Source of the DNA: Abditibacterium sp.
Lineage (GTDB): Bacteria > Armatimonadota > Abditibacteriia > Abditibacteriales > Abditibacteriaceae
Reading direction: 5' to 3'
NCBI GenBank assembly: GCA_965246885.1
Contig: OZ251992.1
Location: forward strand, 896,001-960,000
Length of the DNA stretch: 64,000 nt
Shown: piece after piece, positions 45,583 through 55,307 of the stretch
Layout of the letters: each line of letters begins with the position of its first letter
Numbering within the stretch: position 1 is the stretch's first letter
Made by a program: the position numbers and the translations under genes
The notes under the pieces: generated by a model
Told to the model about the DNA's origin: nothing
Database searches by the model: none
The model's input: the letters and a program-made list of their open reading frames with translations, nothing else

Positions 45583-47766
45583 TTACGGCAATACGGTGCC
45601 GGGAAGAGCGGCGCGCGGGGCGTCGCGGTGGGCAGGATCGGCGGCGCCCAACGTGCGCGGGCGCGGGATGCGCCACATGCCGTAGCATTGGCCGTTGAGC
45701 CAAGCGTCGCCGGTTTTGGGGTGGACGCGAATCCACGAGGTTTCGTGGGGGCCATCGCCAGTTGTGAGGTTTTCCCATGTCGCGCCGCCGTCGCGCGAGC
45801 GCACGAGTGTAGCGGCGCTCGCGTAGATGTTGCGCGGCCCGCCCGCGTAAACGATGCGAGGTTGGCCCGGATCAACAGCAACCGTCACGACGCGCGGCGG
45901 GCGCCCGTATTGGTCGAGGGGCAGTTTGGCGTCGGAGAAGGTGGTGCCATCCCACATTTTAACGCGCTCCTCGGATGCGAAGAAGTAATAGCCGGTGCGC
46001 GCGTCGCACGCCACGTCGCCAAAGCCGCCGGGAACCTCGACCACGCGTTGCCACGTCGCGCCGTCGTCGCGCGAGCGCACAAGAGCCGTCCCCTTTTTGC
46101 CCAACAAAGCGCCATCGGGCATCGAGATATAGACGCCCTGACAGTCGCTCATCGCTTGCCACGTCGCGCCTTGGTCGGTCGAGCGCAGGTTGGATGCGAA
46201 CAGGATGGCGGGGTTTTTCGGGTCGGTGTAGGAGATCTCATCGCCGCCCCACAGAAGCGGGGCGCCCTTGGCATCGTTGACAAAGTTCCACGTCGTGCCG
46301 CCGTCGCGCGACACGCGCATTTTGCGCGGCGGGTTCCAACTGGAGCCGGAGTCGCCATACCACATCGTCTGCCCCGACGCGCCCGCGCCGTAACACTGCC
46401 CGCCCCAGCCTAAACCCGATAGGTCGCGGTATGTCCACGTCCGCCCGCCGTCGAGGGTGAAGGCGCCGTTGTAGTCTTGAAAGCCAAGTAGCACCTCGTT
46501 CGGGTTTTGCAGGTTGAAGTTAAAGCTGACGCCGATCATGATGCCATTGTATCCGGCGTTGCTCCAGCGAAAGCGTTTTCCGCCGTCGGTGGATTTGGTG
46601 GCGAAGTCGCCGCCAATAGACCATGCCACGTTCGGGTCGGTGGGGTGCCATGTGACGTAGCCTTGACGGGCGTTGACGGGGAACGCGTTGGCGACGGTGT
46701 CGGTCGGAGCGAGATTGAAGTTCATGTTGCCAAGGGGCAATAGGCTTACTTCCATCAGGATGGGCTTCCACGTCGCGCCGCCGTCGTGCGACCAATAGCG
46801 CACCCATTTCCAGTTGTCGCCTGCGACCCAACACATCATGCGTTTTGGGTCAGCAGGGGAGACTTTGACGTTACGTACCGCTTTGCCGAGGTTATTCAGC
46901 CCGACGCAAGGCAGCACGACGAAAGTGTGGCTGTCCGTCGAGCGCAACACTTTGTCATCGCCCGATATAACAAGCGCCCCATCGGAGGCGATGTCGAAAC
47001 CATAGACACCCTTGTTGTAGATGTGCTCGAAGGTGCGCCCCTTGTCGGTGGAGCGGAACAAGCCTTCTTGCCCGGAAATCAGCACCGCGCCGTTACGCTC
47101 GACGCGCACCAAGGCAAAGGTGCCGCCACCTTGCGTCCAATCGGAATCAAGGTGGCGCACTATCTGGGGCGCCACGTTTTGCCACGTTTTGCCGCCGTCG
47201 TCCGAGCGGAACAGCCCTTGGCCTTCCGACAGATAATAAGCGCGCAGGCACATCCCCGCTTTGGCGTCAAACGAGGACGGGTCGAACGCCGTAAAGCCGC
47301 CCCAACCGTTGCGCGCGGACAACACTTGAGTCCACGAACCAGCTTTATCGGTCGAAAGATAAACGCCGTTAGGCGACTGACCCCAGTTTTTGTCCCACTC
47401 CATCGAGTTGGACGCTACGCCCAAGACATGCGCGGCGTTGCGCGGATCAATGGCGAAGTTGTTCGCGCCGCGCGCGTTCCAGCCGTTCATGGCGAGGTTC
47501 CATGTCGCGCCGCCGTCGCGCGAAGCGTAAAGCCCGCCCACGTCAATGGGCAAAAGCAGGAAGTTAGGGTCGGCGGGCGATACCGCGATGTCCCATCGGG
47601 GCCACTGCGCGCCCTCACCGCCTAATTTTTCGCCCGCGCGCGCCGCTTCGGGCGACAGCATCGGCATTTTGATGGCGGGCGCGTTTGCGCGGGGAGGCGG
47701 TGCGGCCAAACTGCAAGAAGAAAGCGCGAGGAGCGCGCCCGCGTAGAGGAATCTAACGGAGTTCAT
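45583..47766 (-). CDS. Secreted BNR/Asp-box beta-propeller protein (glycoside-hydrolase-like)
   Basis: Many S.DGG.TW Asp-boxes; signal peptide. Confidence 0.82.
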   Translation of the reverse strand: MNSVRFLYAGALLALSSCSLAAPPPRANAPAIKMPMLSPEAARAGEKLGGEGAQWPRWDIAVSPADPNFLLLPIDVGGLYASRDGGATWNLAMNGWNARGANNFAIDPRNAAHVLGVASNSMEWDKNWGQSPNGVYLSTDKAGSWTQVLSARNGWGGFTAFDPSSFDAKAGMCLRAYYLSEGQGLFRSDDGGKTWQNVAPQIVRHLDSDWTQGGGTFALVRVERNGAVLISGQEGLFRSTDKGRTFEHIYNKGVYGFDIASDGALVISGDDKVLRSTDSHTFVVLPCVGLNNLGKAVRNVKVSPADPKRMMCWVAGDNWKWVRYWSHDGGATWKPILMEVSLLPLGNMNFNLAPTDTVANAFPVNARQGYVTWHPTDPNVAWSIGGDFATKSTDGGKRFRWSNAGYNGIMIGVSFNFNLQNPNEVLLGFQDYNGAFTLDGGRTWTYRDLSGLGWGGQCYGAGASGQTMWYGDSGSSWNPPRKMRVSRDGGTTWNFVNDAKGAPLLWGGDEISYTDPKNPAILFASNLRSTDQGATWQAMSDCQGVYISMPDGALLGKKGTALVRSRDDGATWQRVVEVPGGFGDVACDARTGYYFFASEERVKMWDGTTFSDAKLPLDQYGRPPRVVTVAVDPGQPRIVYAGGPRNIYASAATLVRSRDGGATWENLTTGDGPHETSWIRVHPKTGDAWLNGQCYGMWRIPRPRTLGAADPAHRDAPRAALPGTVLP

Positions 47767-47851
47767 GGAGAGTTGATGGGTGTTCACAAAGGGAAAGGGG
47801 GCGCCACTGCGCCGCGAACGCACTGTCCATTGCGGCGCGGCTGCCACGTCA

Positions 47852-48592
47852 TTACGCCGCCGGGAAAAGCTGCGCTTTGGGAAGAATAATCGAGGTGCCG
47901 CCGGGTCGTGTCCATAGCAATTGGGCTGAGGCAGAACCGGTGAGTTCTTTGTACTCCATCTTGACGATGTATTTAGTGTTAGCGGCGAGAGTAACGGGCG
48001 CCGAGAAGGTGCCCAGAGTCGTCCACTTGTCAATTACCAACACGTTGTTGATCCATAGGCGCACGCCATCATCGGTAGAGGTGGTGAACGAGTAAGTGCC
48101 GCCTTCTTGGGCCAGCACTTGCCCTGTCCATCGGATGGAGAAGTTGTCCACTCCGATGCTGGTGCCGGGGCTACCGGTGCCCCAGTTGAAGTTCACCTGT
48201 GGGTCGGTTTGGGTTTTGACAAGTGACGCCAACGCGTTGTCGCGGTAGTATTGGCCTTTCAAGCCGGTGCCAGTGCCGGTGATGGCAGGTGCCATGCTTT
48301 TGGAAGCGACGTTGGTGTATTTGCTCGTCCACGTCGCGTTGGACGCTTTGACGCGATAGTAGTAGGTCGTGCCCGCCGCCGCGTAGTTGTCCACGAAGGA
48401 GGTAACGTTGGCGCCAGTTTGTCCGCAGTATGTCCAAGGGCCAGCCGCCGCAGTTGCGCGTTCGACGGTGAACTGCGTCTCGTTGGTACTGTTGTCTTTC
48501 CACGTCAGCTTGACTTGAGCGTGGGCGGCAGTCGAGAAGGCGAGACCGCAAGCCGCGAGGAGGCCAGCAGAGAAGATGCGAAGATGTTTCAT
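47852..48592 (-). CDS. Secreted FN3 + PA14 domain protein
   Basis: AHA cleavage site; LTWKDNS.NE..F.VER...YYYRV (FN3); GLKGQYY, FSIRWTG, DDGVRLW (PA14). Confidence 0.88.
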   Translation of the reverse strand: MKHLRIFSAGLLAACGLAFSTAAHAQVKLTWKDNSTNETQFTVERATAAAGPWTYCGQTGANVTSFVDNYAAAGTTYYYRVKASNATWTSKYTNVASKSMAPAITGTGTGLKGQYYRDNALASLVKTQTDPQVNFNWGTGSPGTSIGVDNFSIRWTGQVLAQEGGTYSFTTSTDDGVRLWINNVLVIDKWTTLGTFSAPVTLAANTKYIVKMEYKELTGSASAQLLWTRPGGTSIILPKAQLFPAA

Positions 48593-48626
48593 GTGGTGTT
48601 TGGAAAATGGATGTTAATGGAATTTC

Positions 48627-50468
48627 TCACTGGGCGGCCAAGTTGGAGGGGTCTCCGGGGCCAATGCGAATGTCGTCGAGGTAAGCCCGGAATTGCCCGG
48701 TGGTGTTGGCTCGGTCGTAGGCGACCCAAACGCGATCAATGTTCTTGCCCGCCAACGATGATAAATTGGCTGTAATCTGACTCCACCCTCCCAGCACGAT
48801 CCCCCCGCCGTGTCCTGCGTTGGGGTGCAAACTCTTCCCGTTTTGATCGGTGAGGCCACTGTCACGTAGCGTGGTGCCGTCGGTACAGTGAAAGTCGAGC
48901 GCCACGTAGCGCCCACCATCTTGCACCGGGTTGATCCAGTAGGACAGCGTTGTGTTGGAGGCGATGGTGACTGGGGCGCCGCTCAGGTTGAAGACCTTGA
49001 AATAGCAGAAGTTGGCTCCAGAAGCGTTCCCCGCTGTCCCCGCCGCCATAAGCATGGACGAGCCACTGTTGGCGTTGATTGTGCCCCAGTCCCCGTTACT
49101 GCGTACTCCGCACTCTGGCCCCACGCCAGCCACGAAGCCAGACACGTTCGTGGCGCCCGCCGTATAATCGGTGTCGGGCGAGTCGTTCCACGTGGGCAAC
49201 GGATCGCCGCCGTTCTCGAAGCTTGTTGTAAACGTGCCAGCCGCAACCGGTGCCGGAGTGGGAGTTGGTGCGGGCGCCGTGCCCGACCAACCATTTAGGT
49301 CTTTGATCCACTGCGTGAGTTGGTTGGCCATCGCAATATGGTCGTTGCCGTTGGGGTGGCCGCCATGCGGCTGCTGGGGAAACGTGCGGGTAACGACCTT
49401 GGGATCGCCCAGATTTCTCACCGCACTAAATACCCCATTCAGGAAGTTGGGATCGGTCATCGTGGTGTTCATGCAGATGATCCACGCGTTAGGATAAACG
49501 CGACGCAGGTCTTGAACCTGTGCGAGGTAACGCTGCGTGAGGGTGCCATACCAATCGGTGGCGGGGTCGTATTGATACTGGTCGTTTTGCCCGGTGGCGA
49601 TCACCACGACATCTGCTTGCCACGAGGCAAAGCCTTGGTATTGGGAATAACCCGCACCCGCCGAGGCCTTGTCCCACATGGAGCGCATATTATCGAAGAA
49701 GAACCCCGTGCTCATCCCGGCCCCGCCTTTGGCGATGAGTCGCGTGTCGGCGCCGAAGTTGCGACCCGTCAAAGCCGCATAGTCATAGTAGTTGCTGCCG
49801 CCCCATGTGTCGCCGTTGTCGGTGGAATTGGCCAGTTTGATCGTGCAGCATTGCTCCGTCACAGAGTCACCGTAGAACTCGATTTTGCGAGCCGAGTTCA
49901 CCGACGGCGCTTGCAACAGTGTGGCACCGTCATCCAGAATGATGCCTTCCATGAGCAGTAATGCGAAGGCATCGCCGTCGCGCCGCACGGTCAGATTGTG
50001 TTCGCCAAGCGATAGGTTATTGGTGATGAGGGTGTTGCCGCCCCAGTCGGCGCCCACGCTTTCGCGGCGCAGTTGTTGGCCGTCCAGAAAATACAGCAGG
50101 TCGGTATTTTGTGAGTTGGGTGGAACAGTGGCATCGCGTCCCCGGAAGGTGATGCGGATGCTGGAAGAGTTGGTGAAACGAATGCGCGCTTCGCCGCCCG
50201 TCCAGCCCATATCTACGCTCTGGCCGTCCACGCTGTATTGGTTGGGATGCTGTTGGGTGCGGCCCGTGTAGGTGATGTTGCTATTGGCGCCGCTAAAAGT
50301 GACCGCGTGTGCAGTGACGGCATGGCCCACCATGAGACCGAAAAGCGCAAGCGTTGGCCAGAGTGCAAAGGTGCCCCGCTTTTGGAAGGGAGAACGCCTG
50401 TGTTCGATCCGAGCAATTCTACGTCGGGTCGCTTCTTGAAGGAAGCGTTGGATGAATGAGATTTTCAC
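48627..50468 (-). CDS. Secreted SGNH/GDSL esterase (CE2-like) with C-terminal beta-sandwich domain; GTG start assumed
   Basis: IEFYGDSVT, GQND, GHP; AHA cleavage site. Confidence 0.78.
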   Translation of the reverse strand: MKISFIQRFLQEATRRRIARIEHRRSPFQKRGTFALWPTLALFGLMVGHAVTAHAVTFSGANSNITYTGRTQQHPNQYSVDGQSVDMGWTGGEARIRFTNSSSIRITFRGRDATVPPNSQNTDLLYFLDGQQLRRESVGADWGGNTLITNNLSLGEHNLTVRRDGDAFALLLMEGIILDDGATLLQAPSVNSARKIEFYGDSVTEQCCTIKLANSTDNGDTWGGSNYYDYAALTGRNFGADTRLIAKGGAGMSTGFFFDNMRSMWDKASAGAGYSQYQGFASWQADVVVIATGQNDQYQYDPATDWYGTLTQRYLAQVQDLRRVYPNAWIICMNTTMTDPNFLNGVFSAVRNLGDPKVVTRTFPQQPHGGHPNGNDHIAMANQLTQWIKDLNGWSGTAPAPTPTPAPVAAGTFTTSFENGGDPLPTWNDSPDTDYTAGATNVSGFVAGVGPECGVRSNGDWGTINANSGSSMLMAAGTAGNASGANFCYFKVFNLSGAPVTIASNTTLSYWINPVQDGGRYVALDFHCTDGTTLRDSGLTDQNGKSLHPNAGHGGGIVLGGWSQITANLSSLAGKNIDRVWVAYDRANTTGQFRAYLDDIRIGPGDPSNLAAQ

Positions 50469-50527
50469 GATGGATAGTTCGGGGCGCCCGCTTTCTTTTA
50501 AATGGCGGGCGCCGACTCGAACGGTTT

Positions 50528-51763
50528 TTACTGGGCGGCGAGGTTGGAGGGGTCTGGTGCGAGTGCTTGGAGGAACCAGCGTTGTTGGTCGAGGGCGTAG
50601 TCGTTGTACAGGGTCAAGGGGGTGTTGTCGCCGCCGTTGTAGTCGCCCTTGGTGAGGATGCGCCCGGAGTATTTGTTGCGGATGCGATACGAGCCGTCGC
50701 TTTGGGCATCGAGATACCACCTTTGCCAGTCGAGGTCATAGTTGGTGAACAGGCTGGCGGCGGTGCCATCGGCTCCGGCGTTGTCGGCTTGGGTGAGCAC
50801 CTTGTTGCTGTAGGCGTTGCGCACGCGATACGAGCCGTCGCCCACCGCCTCGAAGCGCCAACTCTGCCACGCCACGCCGTAGTCGTTAAACACGTTCGCG
50901 GGCGTGTTGTCGCCGCCCGCGTTGTCCCCTTGCGTTAGAAAACGGGCGCCTCCACCATACTTCAACTGAACTTTATACGTCGCGCTCGTATCAACGCCGC
51001 CAGCGACGGGCGGCGGCGGGTTGGCGCGTAGCGCGGCGTCGCTCATGGTGGTGAAGTTGAACGAGCGCCAATCGGAAGTCACGTATTTCATACGCGCTTC
51101 GCCGCCGTCGGGATAGGCCGCGTAGGTTTCGGTCACGTAGTCGAAACCAGCGTTGGCGAGATATTTTCCGTTCGGGTCGTTGATTAAGCGCGCTTGGATA
51201 GTCGAGTAGACGCCGACGATGGGGCGGTTTTGCAAGTTGTAACGCGCGTCCGTAAAACCGTGAAAGTTGTAACCCGTCCCCGTATTGGCCTGACTACCCG
51301 CTTTAACTGCATTGCCCACGCGGTCGCCGGGAAGGGTGCTTCGGACGTTGAGATTAAAATCTTCGGGGTAGGCCGCGCCGCCAAATTCGTTTTGGTCAAC
51401 TAACTTTTGCCATACGCCATCGCCGTAGACAACCCACAACTGAAATCCTCCCAATTCGACGCGGGCCGAGGCAGATGGATTGCCGCTCGCCGGTTCGTAG
51501 ACCTGAAAGTAAGGTCGAATGTAAGCTGAGCCTTTGGGGTCGGTGTTGCCGCGCCCGGTTGCGTGGTTGTACCACGCGTAGAAATCGGGGACTCCGTGCG
51601 GAATGTCCTCGGAGTTCAGATTCATATCGTCCAAGATTTCTTGGACGCTGTTGGCATGGACGGGCGCCCAAGACGCCAAAAGCACTAACGCAGCGATGAA
51701 AATCGCCGCACACGCGCGCCGGAGCGCCGCTGTATTGAAGCGGTTGGTGTGGATGTGGGTCAT
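50528..51763 (-). CDS. Secreted protein with C-terminal ricin-type beta-trefoil lectin domain
   Basis: GGAGG RBS; QSW/QRW/QRW (QxW) repeats with GSYR.RN.YS. Confidence 0.82.
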   Translation of the reverse strand: MTHIHTNRFNTAALRRACAAIFIAALVLLASWAPVHANSVQEILDDMNLNSEDIPHGVPDFYAWYNHATGRGNTDPKGSAYIRPYFQVYEPASGNPSASARVELGGFQLWVVYGDGVWQKLVDQNEFGGAAYPEDFNLNVRSTLPGDRVGNAVKAGSQANTGTGYNFHGFTDARYNLQNRPIVGVYSTIQARLINDPNGKYLANAGFDYVTETYAAYPDGGEARMKYVTSDWRSFNFTTMSDAALRANPPPPVAGGVDTSATYKVQLKYGGGARFLTQGDNAGGDNTPANVFNDYGVAWQSWRFEAVGDGSYRVRNAYSNKVLTQADNAGADGTAASLFTNYDLDWQRWYLDAQSDGSYRIRNKYSGRILTKGDYNGGDNTPLTLYNDYALDQQRWFLQALAPDPSNLAAQ

Positions 51764-51951
51764 AACCTCCGTGAGAAACACGAGCTTTAGGCGTCAGTAA
51801 GAAAAGCGCCCCAAGCGGGGGGGAGGCGACTGGGTGAAGTGACAGACACAGGTCGCCCAACCCGTTGCCTGCCAAGGAGCGGGAACGGGGTGGGCAACGG
51901 ATGTTGGATCAGTGGGGGGGCGGATGCAGTCGCCGTCAGCCCCCAAACATC

Positions 51952-52698
51952 TTAGATGCGCGCGATGATTTCACCGTCTTGCAAGAACGGTTCGGCGAGG
52001 TGGAACGGGGTGCCGTTGGATTTGAGAACCGGTGCTGGCGCGTATTGCGGCAAATAAACGCGGCGCGGCGTGGCCGTTGTGTTGGGGCCGGAGCGGTGGA
52101 ACACGTCGGACATAAACACGGCGATGCTTCCTGCCGGACAAATCACCGGGTCGCCCGGATCGTCGCCGCGATAGCCGACCAAATCCCAGTCGCCCTCGTC
52201 ACGCGAATGGTGCACAATGTCGCGCCCGCCCGCGCGGTCGTAGGGCAACATGTAAACGGTGCCGTTCTCAACCGTGATGTCGTCTAAGGCGCACCAGCAG
52301 GTCAGATAAAGCGGGTTGTCGGGCGCCGCATCGTTTTGGACGTAGCCGGAATCTTGGTGCCACGCGAACTTGCCGCCCTTCTCGGCGGCCTTGATGACGT
52401 ATTGCTCGAACACGAAAAACACCGTATCGCCGAGCAACGCGCGCGTGACTTCGGCCATCGTGGGCGAAAAGACGAACTGCGCCAGTTCGGGGTATTTCTC
52501 GAACGCCGAGATGAAGTACTTGGTCGTGCGGGCGCGGCCCTGCGCGTCCGCTTCGGCGTCCACGTCGGCAACAGCGCGGTCAGCGACATCGCGCAAAAGG
52601 TGCAAGAGGTCGTCGGGGATGACGCGCTCCAACACGGTGAAACCTTGCGTTTGGAAATCGCGCAAGTGGGAATCAGAAACAACGGAAGTGATGGTCAT
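51952..52698 (-). CDS. PhyH-family 2OG/Fe(II) oxygenase
   Basis: WHQD, W.ALDD.T.ENG, HRSGPN, RR. Confidence 0.9.
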   Translation of the reverse strand: MTITSVVSDSHLRDFQTQGFTVLERVIPDDLLHLLRDVADRAVADVDAEADAQGRARTTKYFISAFEKYPELAQFVFSPTMAEVTRALLGDTVFFVFEQYVIKAAEKGGKFAWHQDSGYVQNDAAPDNPLYLTCWCALDDITVENGTVYMLPYDRAGGRDIVHHSRDEGDWDLVGYRGDDPGDPVICPAGSIAVFMSDVFHRSGPNTTATPRRVYLPQYAPAPVLKSNGTPFHLAEPFLQDGEIIARI

Positions 52699-52759
52699 AG
52701 TGAACCTGTGGAGTGGGTGGTCTGGGCAACGCAGAAGGTGCGGCCACGCTCAGAACGGG

Positions 52760-52906
52760 CTATCCGGACGGTTCACCCGACTATCCGAGTCGTCCGCTCG
52801 ACCGGGTGAACCGTCCGCCCTGCCGGGAGAGTCGTCCACCCGGCTATCCGAACCATCCGCCCGACTGAGAGAATCGTCCGGACGGCTATCCGAATCATCC
52901 GGACGG
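52760..52906. repeat. Degenerate 21-bp tandem array, 7 units
   Basis: CTATCCG at 52760, 52781, 52844, 52886; internal inverted pair 52766-52779 / 52803-52816. Confidence 0.85.
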
Positions 52907-53006
52907 GCCATTCGTTTGGAGGCCAAGGCGAGACAATCGCCCACCCCGCCGACTGACTCGGCGGAGTGGGCGAAGCGTTCAATGGCCGCGTGCCTTCTCG
53001 TCTCCA

Positions 53007-53045
53007 CTGCTTCTAATATACCCTAAATCAAACACAGCCAAACAG
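53007..53045 (-). promoter_or_regulatory. Putative promoter/operator, copy 2
   Basis: 31/39 ungapped match to 56462-56500, including an identical 17-mer carrying TATATT. Confidence 0.65.
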
Positions 53046-53149
53046 AGGCGCAGGAGGCACGTTTTTTCCCCGCTTGGATGTAGCGTGGAACAATCCTCCT
53101 CCCCAAGGTGGGGAGGAGGATTGTTGGTTGGAAGCGTGAAGCGAACCGT

Positions 53150-53383
53150 TCACTCAGGGCGCGGCAAATGAACGCGCGGGGCGCTGGGGTCTGGAGCGAC
53201 GTTTTGCTTGGCAAACGCCGCCGCCGCTTGCTGGCGGTAAGATTCCTTTTGCTTTGCAACCGCCTGCTTCGCCGACGCACTGACTGTCGTGACGGGTGTC
53301 ACGGTCGGTGCGGAGGAACACCCCGCACCGACCATCAACAAGCTAAGAGCAAGGGGCAATTGCCACAGAAGAGAGAGTTTCAT
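53150..53383 (-). CDS. Small putative lipoprotein
   Basis: Hydrophobic leader ending GAGC; directly follows the pilin-like gene. Confidence 0.6.
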   Translation of the reverse strand: MKLSLLWQLPLALSLLMVGAGCSSAPTVTPVTTVSASAKQAVAKQKESYRQQAAAAFAKQNVAPDPSAPRVHLPRPE

Positions 53384-53412
53384 AAAGCTACCGCAAGGAA
53401 CTATCGCTGAAT

Positions 53413-54372
53413 TTAGTTCCAGCCTTCTTTTTCGAGTTTGGCCAAGCCATCCACTACACCTTGGACGGGAGTGTTGCAGTTGACGGCATCTGTGCCACGG
53501 TTATCAAAATTGAAAGTCGATGAGTGGCAAGCAGCCTCATCGTCGGGACCGTTGTAAACCGGACCATTTGGGTCGAAGGCGCCCCACATATTGAAAGGCG
53601 TCATCGTTTGCAATGGGCGCATAGCCTTCACATGCCCATCGGCAAACAAGAAGTTGCCCGTTTGCATATGCCCTTTGAAAGCGCCGTTGCTCGACAGGCC
53701 AGCGAACTTTTTGGGGTCTTGGCTCCAATCCATCCAACCTGCGGCGCCACCATAAGCGAAGGGGCCATCATTGGGATCTTCGCCACCACCCTGTTCGCAA
53801 AGCATGATTTTCTGCGCAGGCGACCTAATGCCGGACAACTTTTGTCCGCGCTTCGTATAACCATTGGGCGTATACGTTTGTGGAAGCATCAACACGCGGA
53901 AGTTGGCCGCATAAGAACTGGGAAGGTTGGTAGGTGAGCCGATGCTCGCAGCATCCGCCTGATCCGCGCCATTGATTTGGCCCAACGCCAGAGTGTTGTT
54001 GGGATTGGACGGACAAGCGAAAATTTGCGCGCTCTTCACATAGGGATAAATGCGATTCGCCCATGTGACATTGTGAGTCGGCCCGCCACCTGATGGCTGG
54101 TTCGCCCACTCATATTGCGGCGGACCGTAGGGATACTTCTCGTCGTAGTCCTGCGCGTATTGCAGGATACCCAAGCCGAGTTGCTTGAGGTTGGACTGGC
54201 ACGAGGCGCGGCGCGCGTTTTCCCGGGCACGCGCGAAAGCCGGGAACAAGATGGCCGCGAGAATGGCGATGATGGCGATAACAACGAGCAACTCTATGAG
54301 TGTGAAAGCTTTGTTGACCTCTTCCGATTTGGAGGCGCCGATGCGCGTGTTGCGCTGAGTATAAATGTTCAT
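53413..54372 (-). CDS. DUF1559 prepilin-type protein
   Basis: [24 protein letters not shown]9-DG ([15 protein letters not shown]). Confidence 0.95.
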   Translation of the reverse strand: MNIYTQRNTRIGASKSEEVNKAFTLIELLVVIAIIAILAAILFPAFARARENARRASCQSNLKQLGLGILQYAQDYDEKYPYGPPQYEWANQPSGGGPTHNVTWANRIYPYVKSAQIFACPSNPNNTLALGQINGADQADAASIGSPTNLPSSYAANFRVLMLPQTYTPNGYTKRGQKLSGIRSPAQKIMLCEQGGGEDPNDGPFAYGGAAGWMDWSQDPKKFAGLSSNGAFKGHMQTGNFLFADGHVKAMRPLQTMTPFNMWGAFDPNGPVYNGPDDEAACHSSTFNFDNRGTDAVNCNTPVQGVVDGLAKLEKEGWN

Positions 54373-54458
54373 GGTTTGTAGGTGTGCGGCAGGGCCGCGA
54401 AGGTTTGGGGATAGGAGAACAGCCGCCCCGTCGAGCGGGGACGGGGCAGGACGGGAAT

Positions 54459-55232
54459 TTAGCTACCGTCCGCTTTTGTCTGCCAAGCGCCGAGACGATC
54501 TATTAAATCGGTCGGCGCGGTAACGTTATCCTCGATCGTCCACATATTGACGGGCGTTCCCGTCGCAATGGGCTTGAGCGACTTGACGTGGCCATCGGCA
54601 AACAGGAAGTTCGAGTTACCCAAGTGGCCTTGGAAGGCCTCCGCCGCAAATTTGCTTGCGGGCGTAAAGCCCAAAGGCATATCCGCATAGTTGCCGGAAT
54701 ACTCCGCGACGAGGATGGTGCGAGTCGTATTGGGCAATTCGGACAAGGCGCGCCCAAGCGACTTATAGGTCGGCGGTGTTGTGGTCTCATCAAGGGGGAA
54801 GGGTGAACGTCCGCCAGTGATGGGGTCGACAGGGTCGCCAGCGAACACGTCTTGTCCGTTGCAGCCGTAAGAAACGTTTGTGCCGTCCGCCGCGCCGCCG
54901 CCGCCGTCCGGGTTGGACGGGCACGAGAAGAGCTGCGTGCTCTTGAGGTAGGGCTGTAACAGTACGCGCCATGTGTGATCAGTGACCCCGACGTCGTAGC
55001 CCACATAGCGGCCCGGATAACGCTCGTCGTAGTCTTGGGTATACTGGGCAAAGCCCAAGCCGATTTGCTTGAGATTGGACTGGCAGGAGGCTTTGCGCGC
55101 GTTTTCGCGGGCGCGGGCGAAAGCCGGGAACAAGATGGCCGCAAGAATGGCGATGATAGCGATAACTACGAGGAGTTCTATAAGGGTGAAAGCGGCCCGC
55201 TTGGAGCCTTGGGCGTGAATTAGCGTTCTCAT
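54459..55232 (-). CDS. DUF1559 prepilin-type protein
   Basis: [37 protein letters not shown]. Confidence 0.95.
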   Translation of the reverse strand: MRTLIHAQGSKRAAFTLIELLVVIAIIAILAAILFPAFARARENARKASCQSNLKQIGLGFAQYTQDYDERYPGRYVGYDVGVTDHTWRVLLQPYLKSTQLFSCPSNPDGGGGAADGTNVSYGCNGQDVFAGDPVDPITGGRSPFPLDETTTPPTYKSLGRALSELPNTTRTILVAEYSGNYADMPLGFTPASKFAAEAFQGHLGNSNFLFADGHVKSLKPIATGTPVNMWTIEDNVTAPTDLIDRLGAWQTKADGS

Positions 55233-55307
55233 GGGTGTGGTGGCAGTTTTTGTGCTAAGTAATGGGATGGTTTTCCCTGTGGCGTCCGTTTGAGGGGCGC
55301 CAAAGCG

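Noticed and set aside
47767..48033. N-terminal extension of the Asp-box protein in the ORF track
   Set aside because: Overlaps the FN3-PA14 gene; the ATG at 47766 gives a proper signal peptide
50469..50720. N-terminal extension of the esterase in the ORF track
   Set aside because: Overlaps the ricin-domain gene in another frame; the signal peptide lies further downstream
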